Below, one piece after another: positions 27,601-42,535 of a DNA stretch of 64,000 bases (position 1 is its first letter; every line of letters starts with the position of its first letter). Below the pieces are notes generated by a model, which saw only the letters and a list, made by a program, of their open reading frames with translations, did not search any database and was not told the origin of the DNA. This DNA comes from Eledone cirrhosa. Taxonomy: Eukaryota. The position numbers and the translations under genes are program-made. Location of the stretch: the NCBI GenBank assembly GCA_964016885.1, contig OZ024746.1, positions 66,526,001 through 66,590,000 of the forward strand, written 5' to 3'.

Positions 27601-29354
27601 ATAAGATCAACACACTAACAACAAAATTACGCATATTTGTTTTTCTTAATATTTGATTAACATTTATTCATATACCGAAGGAGGATGGGCAGATATAAAA
27701 TATCTCAGGGGTTTTAGTTACACCTCTTGAAGCTCTTAATGTATGAAGTGGGTTGAATTGATTTTCATTACCCCCGTTCTGTAGTCGATAGCGTAAGTTC
27801 AAGGGCTAAGCTGGAATAAGTCGAAATTTATGGTCATTTGCCAAACTTAAAATTTATTATATATTAGAATTATATTTTCAATGTTTTATCGATTGCACGT
27901 ACGATTCTCTCTTTTTCATTCCCGGACATATTCAGATTCATTCTCTTCATGATCAACAACACCATCACCATCCCGTCACCACCTCTATCGCTATTATCAT
28001 CATCATGATGATGATCATCATCATCAACACCATAGTTTTGTACACGGCAACAACAAAAACGGATACTGTTGTTACTACAACTACTACTACCACTATAACT
28101 GTTGCCAACATCACCAACACTATCCTCTCCCCAACATCTACTTCTGCTTCTCATCAAACCCTTGTCTTGGTTTTCTTCCCCTTTTGTTCTTCTTTTTCTA
28201 CTTCATCTCCTTCTCTTTTTCATCTGTCTTCTTCTTACACTCGGCTTTCCTAGTTACTGTCATCATTATAGTTACTTGGTGAAATTCACATTATATATAT
28301 ATATATATCACTGGCTTTAGCACGGAAGATGTTGGGAGATTTTCACTTGTCCCACGTAAAATATATTGAAGGCTACTGAAAGGGCACAATGCTGCAATAC
28401 GTGTTGTTGTAAACGTAAACATTTGTAAGGTTATTTGCACCAACTTAGTGGAGTGTTTTCACATATTTTACTGGTAATTACCAAAAAACATTCTTTATAC
28501 AATCATGAAAAACATATTCATTTGCATATATATTATTATAAGTCTATTTACTATATACACAGATTTAAAATGTTTGGCCATGGTATTGCAGAAGTATGAC
28601 ATCCCTAAAATATCTATTCATGACAAAACCCATCTCATTTGTTGCATTCCTAATTAATTACTAGCATCCGAAAAGTTTGAATACCCTAAATGTTAACGAA
28701 ATAATAGCTTTTCGTATTTTTGTCTGTGTTTGTGTACCAATGTTGACCTGGGTACTAAAATAAATAGTACTTGATATACGCAATAAACTGGTTGGCATTG
28801 AATCATAAATGACAAGGATTCTTCATTGAAGTCAAGAACCTGATACATATTTGTGAGAAAAAGGATGTATTTAGGAAGACCAAGTCTTCCCATGTGTTAT
28901 AATGATCAATTCAACCCATAGTGGCATGAAAAAATAAATATAAAACTATGCTGATGAATATGACGATGAATATGATGGTGATGGTGATGGCATTGGTATT
29001 GATGATGATGATGATGACGTTAGTGAATATGATATGTGTATGTGTGAGTAAATGTTGGTGTAGGATGTATAATAATCACCATGGAAGTTCAAAGAATCTG
29101 TCTACGTTTGTGTGAGAATATCCATATAAACGAAATAGAAATGCAACGCGATACATTAAGAGCTAATTTTTTTTTTTTCAAATTTAAAGGATGCCAACAT
29201 CATAATTTGTATACAGATCGAATATTCGCCCTCATCTTTTTATCTTGGAAACCTGATATGTTCCAAATATCCTTGCCAATTCCTTAAAACTCAAACGATA
29301 TGAATGTAAGGTGAACCTTTCAGATTGAATAAGTATCGCTATATATATATATAC

Positions 29355-29415
<61 letters not shown>

Positions 29416-30128
29416 TATACACATATATATATATATACATATGTTTATATACATATGTGTGTGCGCGTGTGCGTGTATGTATGTCTGTATATGGATGTGT
29501 GTATTTATTTATTTGTTTGTTTACGTGTAAGTATATGTTTATAATGCATATATGAAAATTGTATATGCGTAAAATATTTAAAATCACGCGTTTAGCTCTC
29601 TTGATACAGCTTCTAAAGTCAGGTGCCGATCTTTCTTCAATGTATTTCTATTACGGACTAACACGATCAAAAGGAACTGGAAAATAACGATCAATATTTC
29701 AACGTCATAGGAATAACGTGTTGATGGAAAATAGTAATGAATAGCTCGTGGGTATTAAACATTATGTCAATATCAATCCACACTTTTTTCAGGATGGTAT
29801 CAATAAGAGATTTTTTTCTTGCTGATGAGAAATTCAATTAATACTTAATTAGACACACCACCCGTTTATTCTAGACTTTATCATTATTGATTGCATTTCC
29901 TCAACAAATAAAGTCTTAAAAAAATGCATAAAAATTGTTTATAAATTTTGGTGTTTTCTTCTTTTTAAGACCATATTTATCTTTACAATATTTTACATAT
30001 GTAGAAAATGATGTTAAATATATTAAAATCATTTAAACTTTTCTTAGTACTAACTGGTACAAATCAAACTCAGAAACACAACATAGAGCGTTATATATAA
30101 AGAAGGGTTATCTATATAAGTATGTTTA

Positions 30129-30159
<31 letters not shown>

Positions 30160-30186
30160 TTATCTACCTATATATCTATCTATCTA

Positions 30187-30605
<419 letters not shown>

Positions 30606-30629
30606 GGAAAGAGCGAAAGGGTGAGGAAG

Positions 30630-30735
<106 letters not shown>

Positions 30736-31222
30736 GTGATAACGATTTGAAGATGCACATATTGTTATGTTATAATCTATACACGCAAATGTACAGTATA
30801 TGACGAAAAGTAATATATGTGAAGAAAATGAAAAAAATTAATTATATTAAATAGAATTAGATTTTTGCTTCGAGCATTGCTGTATTGTAATGTATTTCTA
30901 AAGTAAGGAGAGACAGTAATTAATTGGGGAAGAGCCAAGGGAACGATTTATGTGGGTGATGTGGAATGGATATATGGAGGTGGTTTTAGTGGAGATCTGC
31001 AATAATAGAGAACACCTGAAACGGAGACAAATGGAAAAGTCACTGAGAGGCTTCTGTGATCAAAGGGAAAAGAGAGGACTGAGAGAAACCCAACATGTTT
31101 ACGGGTGGAGGGAGACCAGAAGAGCGCGTATTTCCTTTCCGCTACTCTTTACAGGGTAAAGCTTTAACACTATTTTCAATAAGGTACATGTTTAGTAGGA
31201 TCTCTCTCTCTCTTTCTTTCTC

Positions 31223-31266
<44 letters not shown>

Positions 31267-31800
31267 AATTTATCTATCTATCTATCTCCCCATATACAGG
31301 ACTTAAAACTTTGTATGCGAAAACTGCAAAGACCTATATGAAAATTATATTTGGTTCTTTTTTGTCAAGTAATCTAATCCATTTTCCCCTTTATCACTTA
31401 TAGGCTCAATAAAATAATTTACCCGTGAACTACTGCACTGCATTGACTTCCATATAGTCACGCCACTTACTGATTATGTGGTCCACTAAATATATATTTG
31501 ATATAAGTAATATTATCAGTAATAAGAATTTTCCTTATTTATTATTTAACATTTTGTAAAATTGTGTAAAGTTGGATACGTTCGAATAGATAATCAGTTG
31601 TAATAACTAAATTACATATTAAATATGCACAGGTATAGTGTTGCATATATTTATGTACGTAGCTCAGCGGAAATAAATTGGAATTCGACATGGTATATAT
31701 ATATATATATATATATGTTTATTCTTATGTATAAATACACACAGCCGCTGACAAACGCACAAGAACACACGTGCACACGCATACACAGACACACACACAA

Positions 31801-31887
<87 letters not shown>

Positions 31888-32380
31888 TACACATATATTT
31901 GGGTGTGGGTGTATGTCTGTGTAAATGCGTTTGTGCAACTTAAACACCTTTAAAGACAACTTAATTTTGCCATATATATTATTTCTATGATTACGTGATA
32001 AATACACGGGCGCGCGTACGCACACTCAGACACACATACACACTCACAGACACACACGCACACACATATATATATATATATATATACATATTCATAGAAA
32101 AATGTGAAAGGCCATTGCTACAACAGGTTTTAAAACAGCTAAATACTGTGGACCACAGCGATGCTCTAAAAATATGCCCGCGAGGACAGAGACCAGCGGC
32201 CAGTAGTCAGAAGATAGAACTTACATGAACTGGCTCACAAACAGATGAATTGTAGAAAAGATTGAGACAGGAGGAGGACACAGTGAAGTGTGTTGTCGCA
32301 AAGAAGTGACTACAAGGAAATTAAAAAGATCGAAGGAAATACGACCTCTCTTCGCCTCGATCAGTGACAAAAATGTTTAT

Positions 32381-32426
<46 letters not shown>

Positions 32427-32428
<2 letters not shown>

Positions 32429-32835
32429 CAAAATAAAGATCCGAAGGCATGGTATAAATTTCCAATCATTTTAATCACAACACATATTTCAATAAGAGAT
32501 AGATCGAACGTGTAGCCATGATCGATTATCGCTGATCTCGTCCGGTGAAAATGAATTGTTTTCAAATCCTTGATATGACGGAGAAAATTAACGAAGTTCA
32601 CTTACAGAGTATGGCGCCCTCATATGTGAGCGAACATCGTTAATTTAGTCCATCATATGTGAGTGAACATCGTTAATTTTCTCCCTCATATCAAGGATTT
32701 GAAGACAATTCATTTTCAACTGACGAGATTAGTGATAATCGATCATGGCTACACGATCGCGCTATCTCTTATTGAAAGATGTGTCTTGATTAAAATGATT
32801 GGACATTTATGCCATGCCTTCGGATCTTTATTTTG
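32427..32835. repeat. Fold-back element with about 180-bp imperfect arms next to (TA)n
   Basis: 32427-32606 vs 32654-32835 are reverse complements; 26-bp tandem duplication at the centre (32621-32646 / 32654-32679). Confidence 0.9.
32711..32797 (+). ncRNA. Type I hammerhead-like motif with long stem II
   Basis: CAUUUUCAA-CUGACGA-GAUUAGUGAUA...UAUCUCUUAUU-GAAA-GAUGU-GUC-UUGAUUAAAAUG; a decayed mirror copy lies in the left arm. Confidence 0.6.
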
Positions 32836-32964
32836 ATACAAATACTCCGTTTTACATCATCTATCTGCTCCCATAAATGGAATTGGAGATATACAAATGC
32901 GTGGAGAACTTAATATTGCTAACAAAAAATTATTGGACCCTTTGACACAACCAATAATACACCT

Positions 32965-33015
<51 letters not shown>

Positions 33016-33017
<2 letters not shown>

Positions 33018-33152
33018 CAATAGTAATAAATGGAAAATATCAATATAGCATCATATTTATGTTATCATACATATTTCAAGAATATTAAATTACAGTATGC
33101 TTTCATCAGATATATATTGAATATTTATCAACAAAGCATATAACTAATTGTT
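33016..33152 (-). mobile_element. Decayed member of the 20 kb / 41 kb / 43.6 kb hammerhead family
   Basis: Minus strand CTGATGA-AAGCATAC..TATTCTT-GAAA-TATGTATG (about 33058-33117); TA tracts on both sides; cleavage triplet mutated. Confidence 0.55.
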
Positions 33153-35210
33153 TATATATATATATATGTATATAATGTGTACTTGTTTACATTTTCGAAT
33201 TGAAGATATTTGATATCGAAGTGACATATGCCATTATATCTTTTAATGATTGAGACCTTAGGGAACACTCAGCTGTGTTGAGAGAGTTATTCATGATGTA
33301 TATATATATATATGTGTGTGAATATGCGAGTATACGTGTCTAGTTATCTATGATTCAACAAACTTTCGACTTTTTCATATTGCCAAACCTAGATATAAGA
33401 AACGCGTTAAATTATTATCAGAACAGTTCACGTATAGAAGACGTGAATTCAATTGAAAGGCGTTTTATAATCGATACAGGAACATAAATATTACCTTGCT
33501 GTAATCTATTGATTTGAATGCAATTAATTAAAATATGATCAATATTGAATTAAACTATATAAAGATGAGGTTCACTGATGATACATATTTTACATGAAGC
33601 CAGACGTGTGGCTAGGAAATTTGCCAAAGTGCTAAAAGTAATAACATTAGTTTTATTAGATGATATTATCATCAAGACGATAGAATCTTTTTTAATAATT
33701 TAAGTGAACATAAAACATTATTTTACCACACATCGTTTTGGTGAAATATATTTTCGAAATGCTATGCATATTAAAAATAGGCGTTTGATTTGAAATGTGG
33801 GAATTTTATAACATAACAAAGTATACATGAAGGGAATGTATTTGAACAAAGTCGTGCCTATTTAGAACAGATTTTGACATATCGAAAAGCAGCAACAACC
33901 GTAGCCACCACAGCATGTCATTGGACAAGAAGGAAAATGAATATTCTTCTGTACATGTTGTCAAAATGCATATATACTATAGTTTAGGTAATAATCTGAT
34001 AACTGGGATATATTTCTGCTGGCGGCGGAAGATCAGGGATAAAGACTAGCATGAGAAGAAAAGCAAGTGGATAATGTGTCCGGGTTATGATTCGTATCAA
34101 TCCATGTGCAAAATTAATGTTAAAGATATCAAGAAACGAGCCGCCAAAATTCGAATAAAAATATATGTTGTAATTTTGCTTACGCATTTTGAGTTGCAAA
34201 CATGAAACGTGCGTTTCAATATATGTGGAATTAAAATATTTCTTGAATAAGAAAGAGATTATTTCTGATATAAGGAATGCTTTTCTCCTCTCTATAGATT
34301 TGCAATTTTACTGCTTGCTGGTCACATGTGTTCAAAAGCAAAAGGAAGTATAAAAATATCCAAATGCCTTTGGTTTAAATAAAATATATTTCATATAATT
34401 AGTCAAAAAACGCACACAATCCGACAGTTGTTTATAAGCAAAATGTTGCAGCGTATTTTAATCTAAGTAGCGAGGGAGTAAACGTCACAGAGATTGTAAA
34501 CATTCCTGAAATACTAGAGGTTAATGAACTCACACGGCTCCTGAAAAAGTATTTATAGGATCAAAGATTGAAACATGTGTGTCGAGGCTTATGTAGGTTT
34601 CCTATACAAAAGCATACCTTATGCGCATTCATATAAAAACATACACATTTATATTTAAAAAAATGTAATTTTAAACATGTCGTAAAATAATGAAATATTT
34701 CGAACTAAGAAAAGAATTTTCATCAGATTCTATCGATATATACATTCATACTCCAATGCAATTCATCAAATTGTTATCATCTTTGATGCTTTGATTATCA
34801 TTGCATTAGAAACGTCGCATATAACAATTTATATGTGAAACTGGATTTTTCCACTATTAGTAAAAAAGAATCATATATTATCCTAATGTCATGTCGACGT
34901 TTGCTCTTTCAAAATGTTCACATATAAAATTTATTGATTATGACATTTTATATCTATCATCCTGCGGGCAGAGCATATTAACTATAACATATGCTGAAAT
35001 ACTTCGAAATATTCACGTAATAATTCATCTAGCAAGTAGACAATATGTACGCAGGAGAGATTAAGGAAAACTAAATGACTAGAAACATAAAACAACAGCT
35101 GATATGCTTTAGCCATTGTAAATCTATTCAACTTTCTTCTGCTCTCATTGTCTCTGTCTCTCTCATTCTATCTGTATATATATATAAATATACATATATA
35201 TATATATTAT

Positions 35211-35257
<47 letters not shown>

Positions 35258-35727
35258 GAGTGAGTTTCTTGGTCAGTGTCCAAGTCTCAGACCCATACAG
35301 CAGCACAGACGCCACTACAGCAATGAAGAGGCGGACCTTCAGGTCCATACGAAGGTCCGACTTCCAAACCGATCTCAAGCTGTGGCACGCCGCCCAGGCT
35401 TTGCTCTTCCTCTCAACCACATCATCTTACGTATTCCCAATCTTTGCTCCCAAATACAGGAAGTCCTCAACCAATTCCAAGTGACACAGAGGAGGCTGAG
35501 GTTGGCTGGACATACTCACCGACATCCAGAGTTGACATTGCACTCAGTGCTCCTGTGGGAGCCCCTACATGGACACACTAGAAGAGGAAAACCAAGGTTA
35601 ACGTATGTTGATGCCCTAAGGACAGACACTGGTCTGTTGGAGATGCAGGACATGGCAGCGATAATGAGGGACAGAGACCGCTGGAGAGAACTCGTCCATG
35701 GATCTCGGGAATTTTACCCGCCTTAGA
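35258..35727 (+). mobile_element. RTE-like LINE 3' fragment with 5' inversion, inserted in (TA)n
   Basis: 35258-35478 on minus encodes LELVEDFLYLG..LKVRLF..SVLLYGSETWTLT; 35479-35726 on plus encodes RRLRLAGH..LLWEP..RRGKPRLTYVD..DRDRWR. Confidence 0.85.
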
Positions 35728-35750
35728 TATATATATATATATATATATAT

Positions 35751-35905
35751 TAGAAAGTGAGGTTTTTTTAAAAAAATGAAAAATAACCGAGGTGTCCTAC
35801 ACGAGTGGAAGTATAAAGAAAAAGGGATGAAATCGAAAATGCAACTGAAGTCTTATTTTTTAAAAAAATAAGACTTCAGTTGCATTTTCGATTTCATCCC
35901 TTTTT

Positions 35906-35911
<6 letters not shown>
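35751..35911. repeat. (TA)n-anchored fold-back element with a near-perfect 100-bp palindrome (35812-35911)
   Basis: tataaagaaaaagggatg..tcttatttttt | aaaaaaataaga..catccctttttctttata, plus an unpaired 60-bp extension on the left. Confidence 0.92.
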
Positions 35912-35991
<80 letters not shown>

Positions 35992-36424
35992 TACATCTAT
36001 AGTTTACATACATTATAAGAATTTAAATGTGTATATATGTGTACACATTTATATAGAGGGATATATGCAGAGGCTAGAAGCTGAAACTACGCTAAGCATG
36101 CGGCCGGACCATTAAAATATTAATATGTATATATATGAATATATATATATATATATACGTGTGAGTGAGAGTATGAGTGTGTGTGTATGTGTGTAACAGA
36201 AAATTACATATTTTAAGATATTAAAACTAAAAATATATACCATGCATATATATATATATATTCTTCTGGGAAGAAACAATTGAACTTGTTTGTATTGGTT
36301 CATAAGTAAATTGTAATTATATACTCGTTCTGCTTCAACCTATTATATATTTGAGCTAGAATATATCTAGTAATTGAGTAACATTTACTCTCATAAATAA
36401 CGCTATTATATATATATATATATT

Positions 36425-36546
<122 letters not shown>

Positions 36547-38868
36547 CGTCTGTGTGTATAAAAGATTTATTACAATGTGAATCTGTTCGACAAATATAAT
36601 TCAATCCTTTCGGTAATTATTATGGGTATTAGTGAAAGATAGAGATACATTTGATGAAATTTCAGTAACATTGACAATAAAAAAGTATTATCGAAGTTAA
36701 AAGAGACATCAAAAAGCAATTAGATAGTATTTATAAACTATTGAATCAATCTATTATCTTGGTTGTGTTATGTCGAATGTAATATACTTTTTTAACCGTC
36801 TGGACAGATTATTTTTAAGAGGGTTATTTACAAGGTTTATGTCAATTGTCTTTACACATCGTCACTTATAAATACCATTAATACGTTAAATCATTTATAT
36901 AAGACGATAAATATTGAAGGAATAAGTTAGAAATAAACCACATATTTTTAGATTTCATTCTTTTTGTGGAACTACAATCCCCTACCAAAGGGAAATAATA
37001 TCTTATAATAGATGATACTTATTTATATATATTTGCATTGATATATAAAATACATGATACTTATTTATATATATTTCCATTGCTAAATAAACTTGTGACT
37101 TAGATTGCAGGCGTTTAGATAGTTTGTTTTAACGACAGCTCTGTTTTTACTTAGTTATGAAGCACAGTGTGTACTTTCACCTTTCATCGTTATCAACTTT
37201 GAACTCCGTATAACATAATACATAACAACAGGATTTCTTCGCGGCCTATCAAGCAAATGCATATAACCAATAAATTTCTTTTGAATCAAATACTACAGTT
37301 TTAACATATGATGAATACAGAGAAGCTATATGTCCCGATAGAAGAAGTTGATATGGCAAATCCACGTGTCTATCTAGATATTTTCGGTTCAATGATAATA
37401 CTAATTTAATTCATTCTCATGTTTGATTATGCCCGGTATATCTGACGTTGTGATTGTATTAAAAAGTACTTCAGTGTAAAAAGTAATATTTTGAAAACAT
37501 TATATTAGATTCTATCAGTCAAGGTCACAAATAAATGTCAGTGTGCCAGAAATATGCACAGGTCAAAATATACTATTATCATTTCACACATAATACCACT
37601 GTTTCTACAGAATTAGAATTACCATGCATTTTTATGAATAAAAGTAACACGATATCAGTAACATTCAGTGCACCAAATCGAATTTCTCAATATAACAAGA
37701 TATGCAATAGTAAAAGAAATCATAATTATTCTCCAAATTGAATCAATATATATTAATTTACGAGATATTGAGAAACAATTGACTCTCTTTGTCTGGCGGC
37801 CTTCACATGTCGATTATGTACAAGATCAGTATTGTGGTTGACTAATTCGATCCACCTAAAAACGATTGCTCGTCTTGTGACTAAAGTCTGATGGTTTATG
37901 ATTTATATGTATCAATGCTGAATTTTGAATTACACGTATATACCGATCGATTGTATCTGAAATAATTTTTCTGATTTTAATTAAATGCATCCTTATAATT
38001 TGATTACATACTGGTGCCATACTGCTTCAGAACAAGAACCTGGTCGAAAAAAACCCATCATAGGAGCCGAAATATTTATCGAAATGATCCAAACAAAAGT
38101 AACAGATTTAATAAGACCAGGCGAAAATCTCCTGGTTGTTAACAGTGGATGTTAATGCCTCACTACTAACACTAGACGATAAAAACGGCACTCAAGCTAA
38201 ACATTATGTACAATTGTCATGACAGTAACTGTTGAATACGTAGGCAATAGAATGGGGTTGCATTAACAGAAGAAGAAATATTGTTCTTCAAAGTTAAAGC
38301 AAATTCTAAAATTCTGTTGTTTTTTTTTTTGTTGTTTTTTCATGAATAACAAATGTTTCTATATTTGGTTCATCAAGTAGACTGGAATACTAACAAATTC
38401 TTATAACGATTTCGTCTGCTTTCGAGACATTTCGAAAAACATGTTTTATCAAATTATTTCATATATTTTGCGAGTTTATAAACATGCTCCAGTACACACA
38501 CACACAAACATACATACACACACGCACACACACACACACACACTCACACACACTCACATATGCACACACCCTTGCACACACGCACACGCAAAACAAGCTC
38601 ACATATGTTTCTTCCACATACTGTGCCGTTTGATTTGTTATTTTTGCTTTTACATACATATATATATATATGTGTGTGTGTATGTGTATATATATATATA
38701 CATAAATATAAATAAAAAAAAATATGTGTATATGCGTGTGTGTGTGTGTATAAGTATGGACAGCATATCAGTCAATTATATATTTAATGCAGACAGATTA
38801 AATTATCATATTTGCACTAGTTCGGAGGAGAAAATTCGCTAAGAGCAGTTTATGGTTTAGGTCATTAA

Positions 38869-38930
38869 ATAATTGTTTCTACTTTTGGCACAAGGCCAGC
38901 AATTTCAGTGTATTACTGGTACTTTATTTT
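38869..38930 (-). mobile_element. 5'-truncated SINE tail with target-site duplication
   Basis: Reverse complement of the SINE 3' end; direct repeat tttaggtcattaaata at 38856-38871 and 38928-38943. Confidence 0.8.
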
Positions 38931-38980
38931 AGGTCATTAAATATTAACATGAAAAACAATCACAATGACGTTGACGTTGG

Positions 38981-39019
<39 letters not shown>

Positions 39020-39082
39020 CAGCAACACCAGCACTACTACTACTACTACTAGTACTACTACTACTACCACCACCAACGCTGG

Positions 39083-39141
<59 letters not shown>
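38981..39141. repeat. (CTA)n microsatellite
   Basis: Read directly from the sequence. Confidence 0.95.
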
Positions 39142-40540
39142 TTTTGAAGAGGAAGATGCCGATAATTGCAATAAGGTGGTGGATATAATACAAAACTATG
39201 GAATTGGTGGTATTAATAATATTGTTGAAGATAATAATAATATTACTAATAATAATTTCAGATGATAATCGATCAAAGGAATACTCATTGGATAATCAAT
39301 AAATTTCTGTATGGCGTTTTTATTGCATTAGAATTTTAACCTGGTGCCAAAGTTTGCTGTCATCAATCGATAAACCAAAGTGGAATCCTCATGGATAATT
39401 ACGAAATGTCACAATCAGATACAGATTCTAAGACTTCTACTGCTGTAGCTGCTGCAGAAACAACGATAACAACAAATATTTCCTTTAGTATTTCTATTAT
39501 GAAGGATAGTCGAAGTCAACTAGATTTCAGAATGAGTAAGAAAGGTTCAGTGACTCTCAACCCCCAGAGAGCCTCAGTTCTGTCACTCATTCTGTTAAAA
39601 GTAACAGCTCAATCTCTTTCCAATTATAACTGTCTTCCAAAAGCGTAGACTTTATTGGAATATGATTCATTAACTGGAAGCCATGTCCCTCCAAAAATGT
39701 TGAAATGCTCATAGCAATACATTATTTGATTCATTGTCCACTCTATTACGCTATTATGGCTAACCGCTGTTCTTACAAAAATATAAGCAAAACAATAACA
39801 AATATATTAGTAAAGAAACAGCCATTATAACTTAACTAGATCTGCGAAAGTCAGCAGCCGAATGCATCGAAAGTCACACCCTGTCTTACAAATGTAAGAC
39901 GACATTGTTTACACCATTTGTTTCGGATCAATACGCTTCGATCATATGTCTGCTCGAGGAAGATTGATCAAGTTATAAACAACCAGTTCCTCCATCAAAA
40001 TAATATCAGTTTCGTATTCCTTGTCTATAGAATTGTTTGATTTGAGAGCCCTCAATTTCGCATAAAGATAAGTCCCTTTAAGTTTTTAACGAAAAGAACC
40101 TACTTCATAAACGAAACTTTCAAATCGCTAAATCTGCTAGCAAATATTGTCTTAGGATTTTAACTGAAACTTTCTGAGGCGAAAATATCTATTTATTGCT
40201 TATGCGTATGTTGTTTCGTCCATACCCTTTGTACTTATGTCCATTTATAGAACAACCAATTAGGTGTCTCCAAATATTGTTTAAAGCTGTGCTTGAATTA
40301 ACGCACTACAAAAAACAGTAATTCCCTGCGCACACTACCCTCTCACTCACACAATGTAAAAACTGTTCATTCACTCTCTGTCTACCATTTCTCTTGGTCC
40401 ATTATTTCTTATCCTCAAACTTCCATACAACTCAGGTCTATATATACCTGCAATCGTATTCAAACAATTTTCAATATTGTTTGCATAAACCGGAGGATGA
40501 TAAACAGTCTGGAAATTTCAGACAGGTTTGTGTATGTGTG

Positions 40541-40699
<159 letters not shown>

Positions 40700-40881
40700 T
40701 GGATGTATGCATAAATGCATGTATATATGAATATATATATATGAATATATATGGAAAGTTATATTTAAATTGTTGGGTTACAACTAGTAAATATTTATAA
40801 CTGATATAAAAGCACTCAACAAGTATTTGGAGTATATTTACGATATTAAATAAATGGAAACTATATTTATAAAACCATATT

Positions 40882-40947
40882 TATTTCATTATATATATTT
40901 CAGGGATATCATATTAACAATATGTTATGCCTTCTTCAGACAAAATA
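40882..40947 (-). ncRNA. Minimal type I hammerhead motif (left arm)
   Basis: Reverse complement of 41085-41150. Confidence 0.68.
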
Positions 40948-41084
40948 CAATATAGACAGTTTTATAAATAAATAGATTTGACATACCGTTCAACATCGAC
41001 TTGTATTTGAAAATCAACTTTTCAAATACAAGTCGATGTTGAACGGTATGTCAAATCTATTTATTTATAAAACTGTCTATATTG

Positions 41085-41150
41085 TATTTTGTCTGAAGAA
41101 GGCATAACATATTGTTAATATGATATCCCTGAAATATATATAATGAAATA
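41085..41150 (+). ncRNA. Minimal type I hammerhead motif (right arm)
   Basis: UAUUUUGU-CUGAAGA-AGGCAUAACAUAUU-GUU-AAUAUGAUAUCCCU-GAAA-UAUAUA-UA-AUGAAAUA. Confidence 0.68.
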
Positions 41151-41270
41151 AATATGGTTTTATAAATATAGTTTCCATTTATTTAATATCGTATATATAT
41201 ATATATATATATCGTTTCTGAATTTGTTTAGCAAGATTCTTTATCTGAAATCGTGTGTTGAACATGGCAA

Positions 41271-41341
41271 CATGACCCTCCCAAAGTATAACAATATATA
41301 TATATATATATATATATATTGTTATACTTGGGGAGGGTCAT
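41271..41341. repeat. Short inverted repeat enclosing a (TA)n tract
   Basis: atgaccctcccaaagtataacaa-(TA)n-ttgttatacttggggagggtcat; the same motif recurs at 54186-54214. Confidence 0.85.
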
Positions 41342-41630
41342 ATTTGTGTAATAATATTGTCAGAATTAATAACAGAACACACTCATTGTTTGGTTGGTTT
41401 TCGCTTCTGTGTCTTTTATAATTTATTCGGTCCTCAATGTTACCATTGACTGACCAACGGTCAAAATTACAGATACAATATAGACACAAACACATATATA
41501 TAGTCTGACTAAGTTCTTTCGTTGCACATCTGCAACATTGTCAGTGGCGCTATTATGTTTCCTCCCGTTGTATTGTATGCTTGGCGTAAGCATACAATAC
41601 AACGATTTCATATCAATAACCTCGCAAAAC

Positions 41631-41675
<45 letters not shown>

Positions 41676-41701
41676 ATGTATATATATATGTGTGTGTGTA
41701 T

Positions 41702-41738
<37 letters not shown>

Positions 41739-41746
41739 GAGAGAGA

Positions 41747-41816
<70 letters not shown>

Positions 41817-42535
41817 TTTACGTACATACATCTTGGATATATCAGAGGTAATTAATTTTTACACAAGGGATTAAAATAGTAAAATATTGTAAAATCAGAT
41901 ATTGCCTATTTTCCATATTTTAATAACATGTTTCAGTTATTTTTAACGTGGAAACATATATTAGAAAACGTATGGTCGATTAGAATTTGCATACAGCAAT
42001 ACATTATAGTAACGAGTCTAGCAAGATGTGTTTATATAGGTAAAGCGGAGAGCTAGCAACCTCAAATATTTATCTCATTAAACTTATACCCATTTCCATC
42101 TAGTGTTTTTTTTTAAATAATAAGAAACAGTATGCATATGTGAAAGTCTGTTGATTTAAGTTTTGTAACGAAACAGAGGGAGAAAAAAGGTTTGTCTTCA
42201 GACGCAAAAAAAAAAAAGAAAAGATTTACATACTTTAATGTGTTATTTAAATGAAGCAGAGAAGCATTTAAGCATTGCTTCTCTAATGTCATAAAATATA
42301 TTAACAAAGTCGAAGAAAATTTTAATTCTCATGGTTATAGAATATTCAATTATAACATATTGTTTTGCCACTCCCTTCTATGAAAGTGTATGCTATACAT
42401 AGAGATAAAACATGAAAGTGAATATTTCAAAAGATCTTTTGTGAATTATTTTCTGGTCAGTTTACATTAGCTTCAATGTTATATAATTTAACGTGGCATT
42501 ATTAACGCACACATACATGCATAAGAATCAACACA

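Larger units (their letters stand above)
40752..41192. mobile_element. (TA)n-anchored fold-back element, family D, with a hammerhead in each arm
   Basis: Palindrome 40840-41192 with loop tcaac at 41014-41018; the left arm extends about 90 bp further. Confidence 0.9.

Noticed and set aside
33984-34199. 71-aa ORF in non-repetitive sequence as a possible exon
   Set aside because: No recognisable motif or convincing splice sites.
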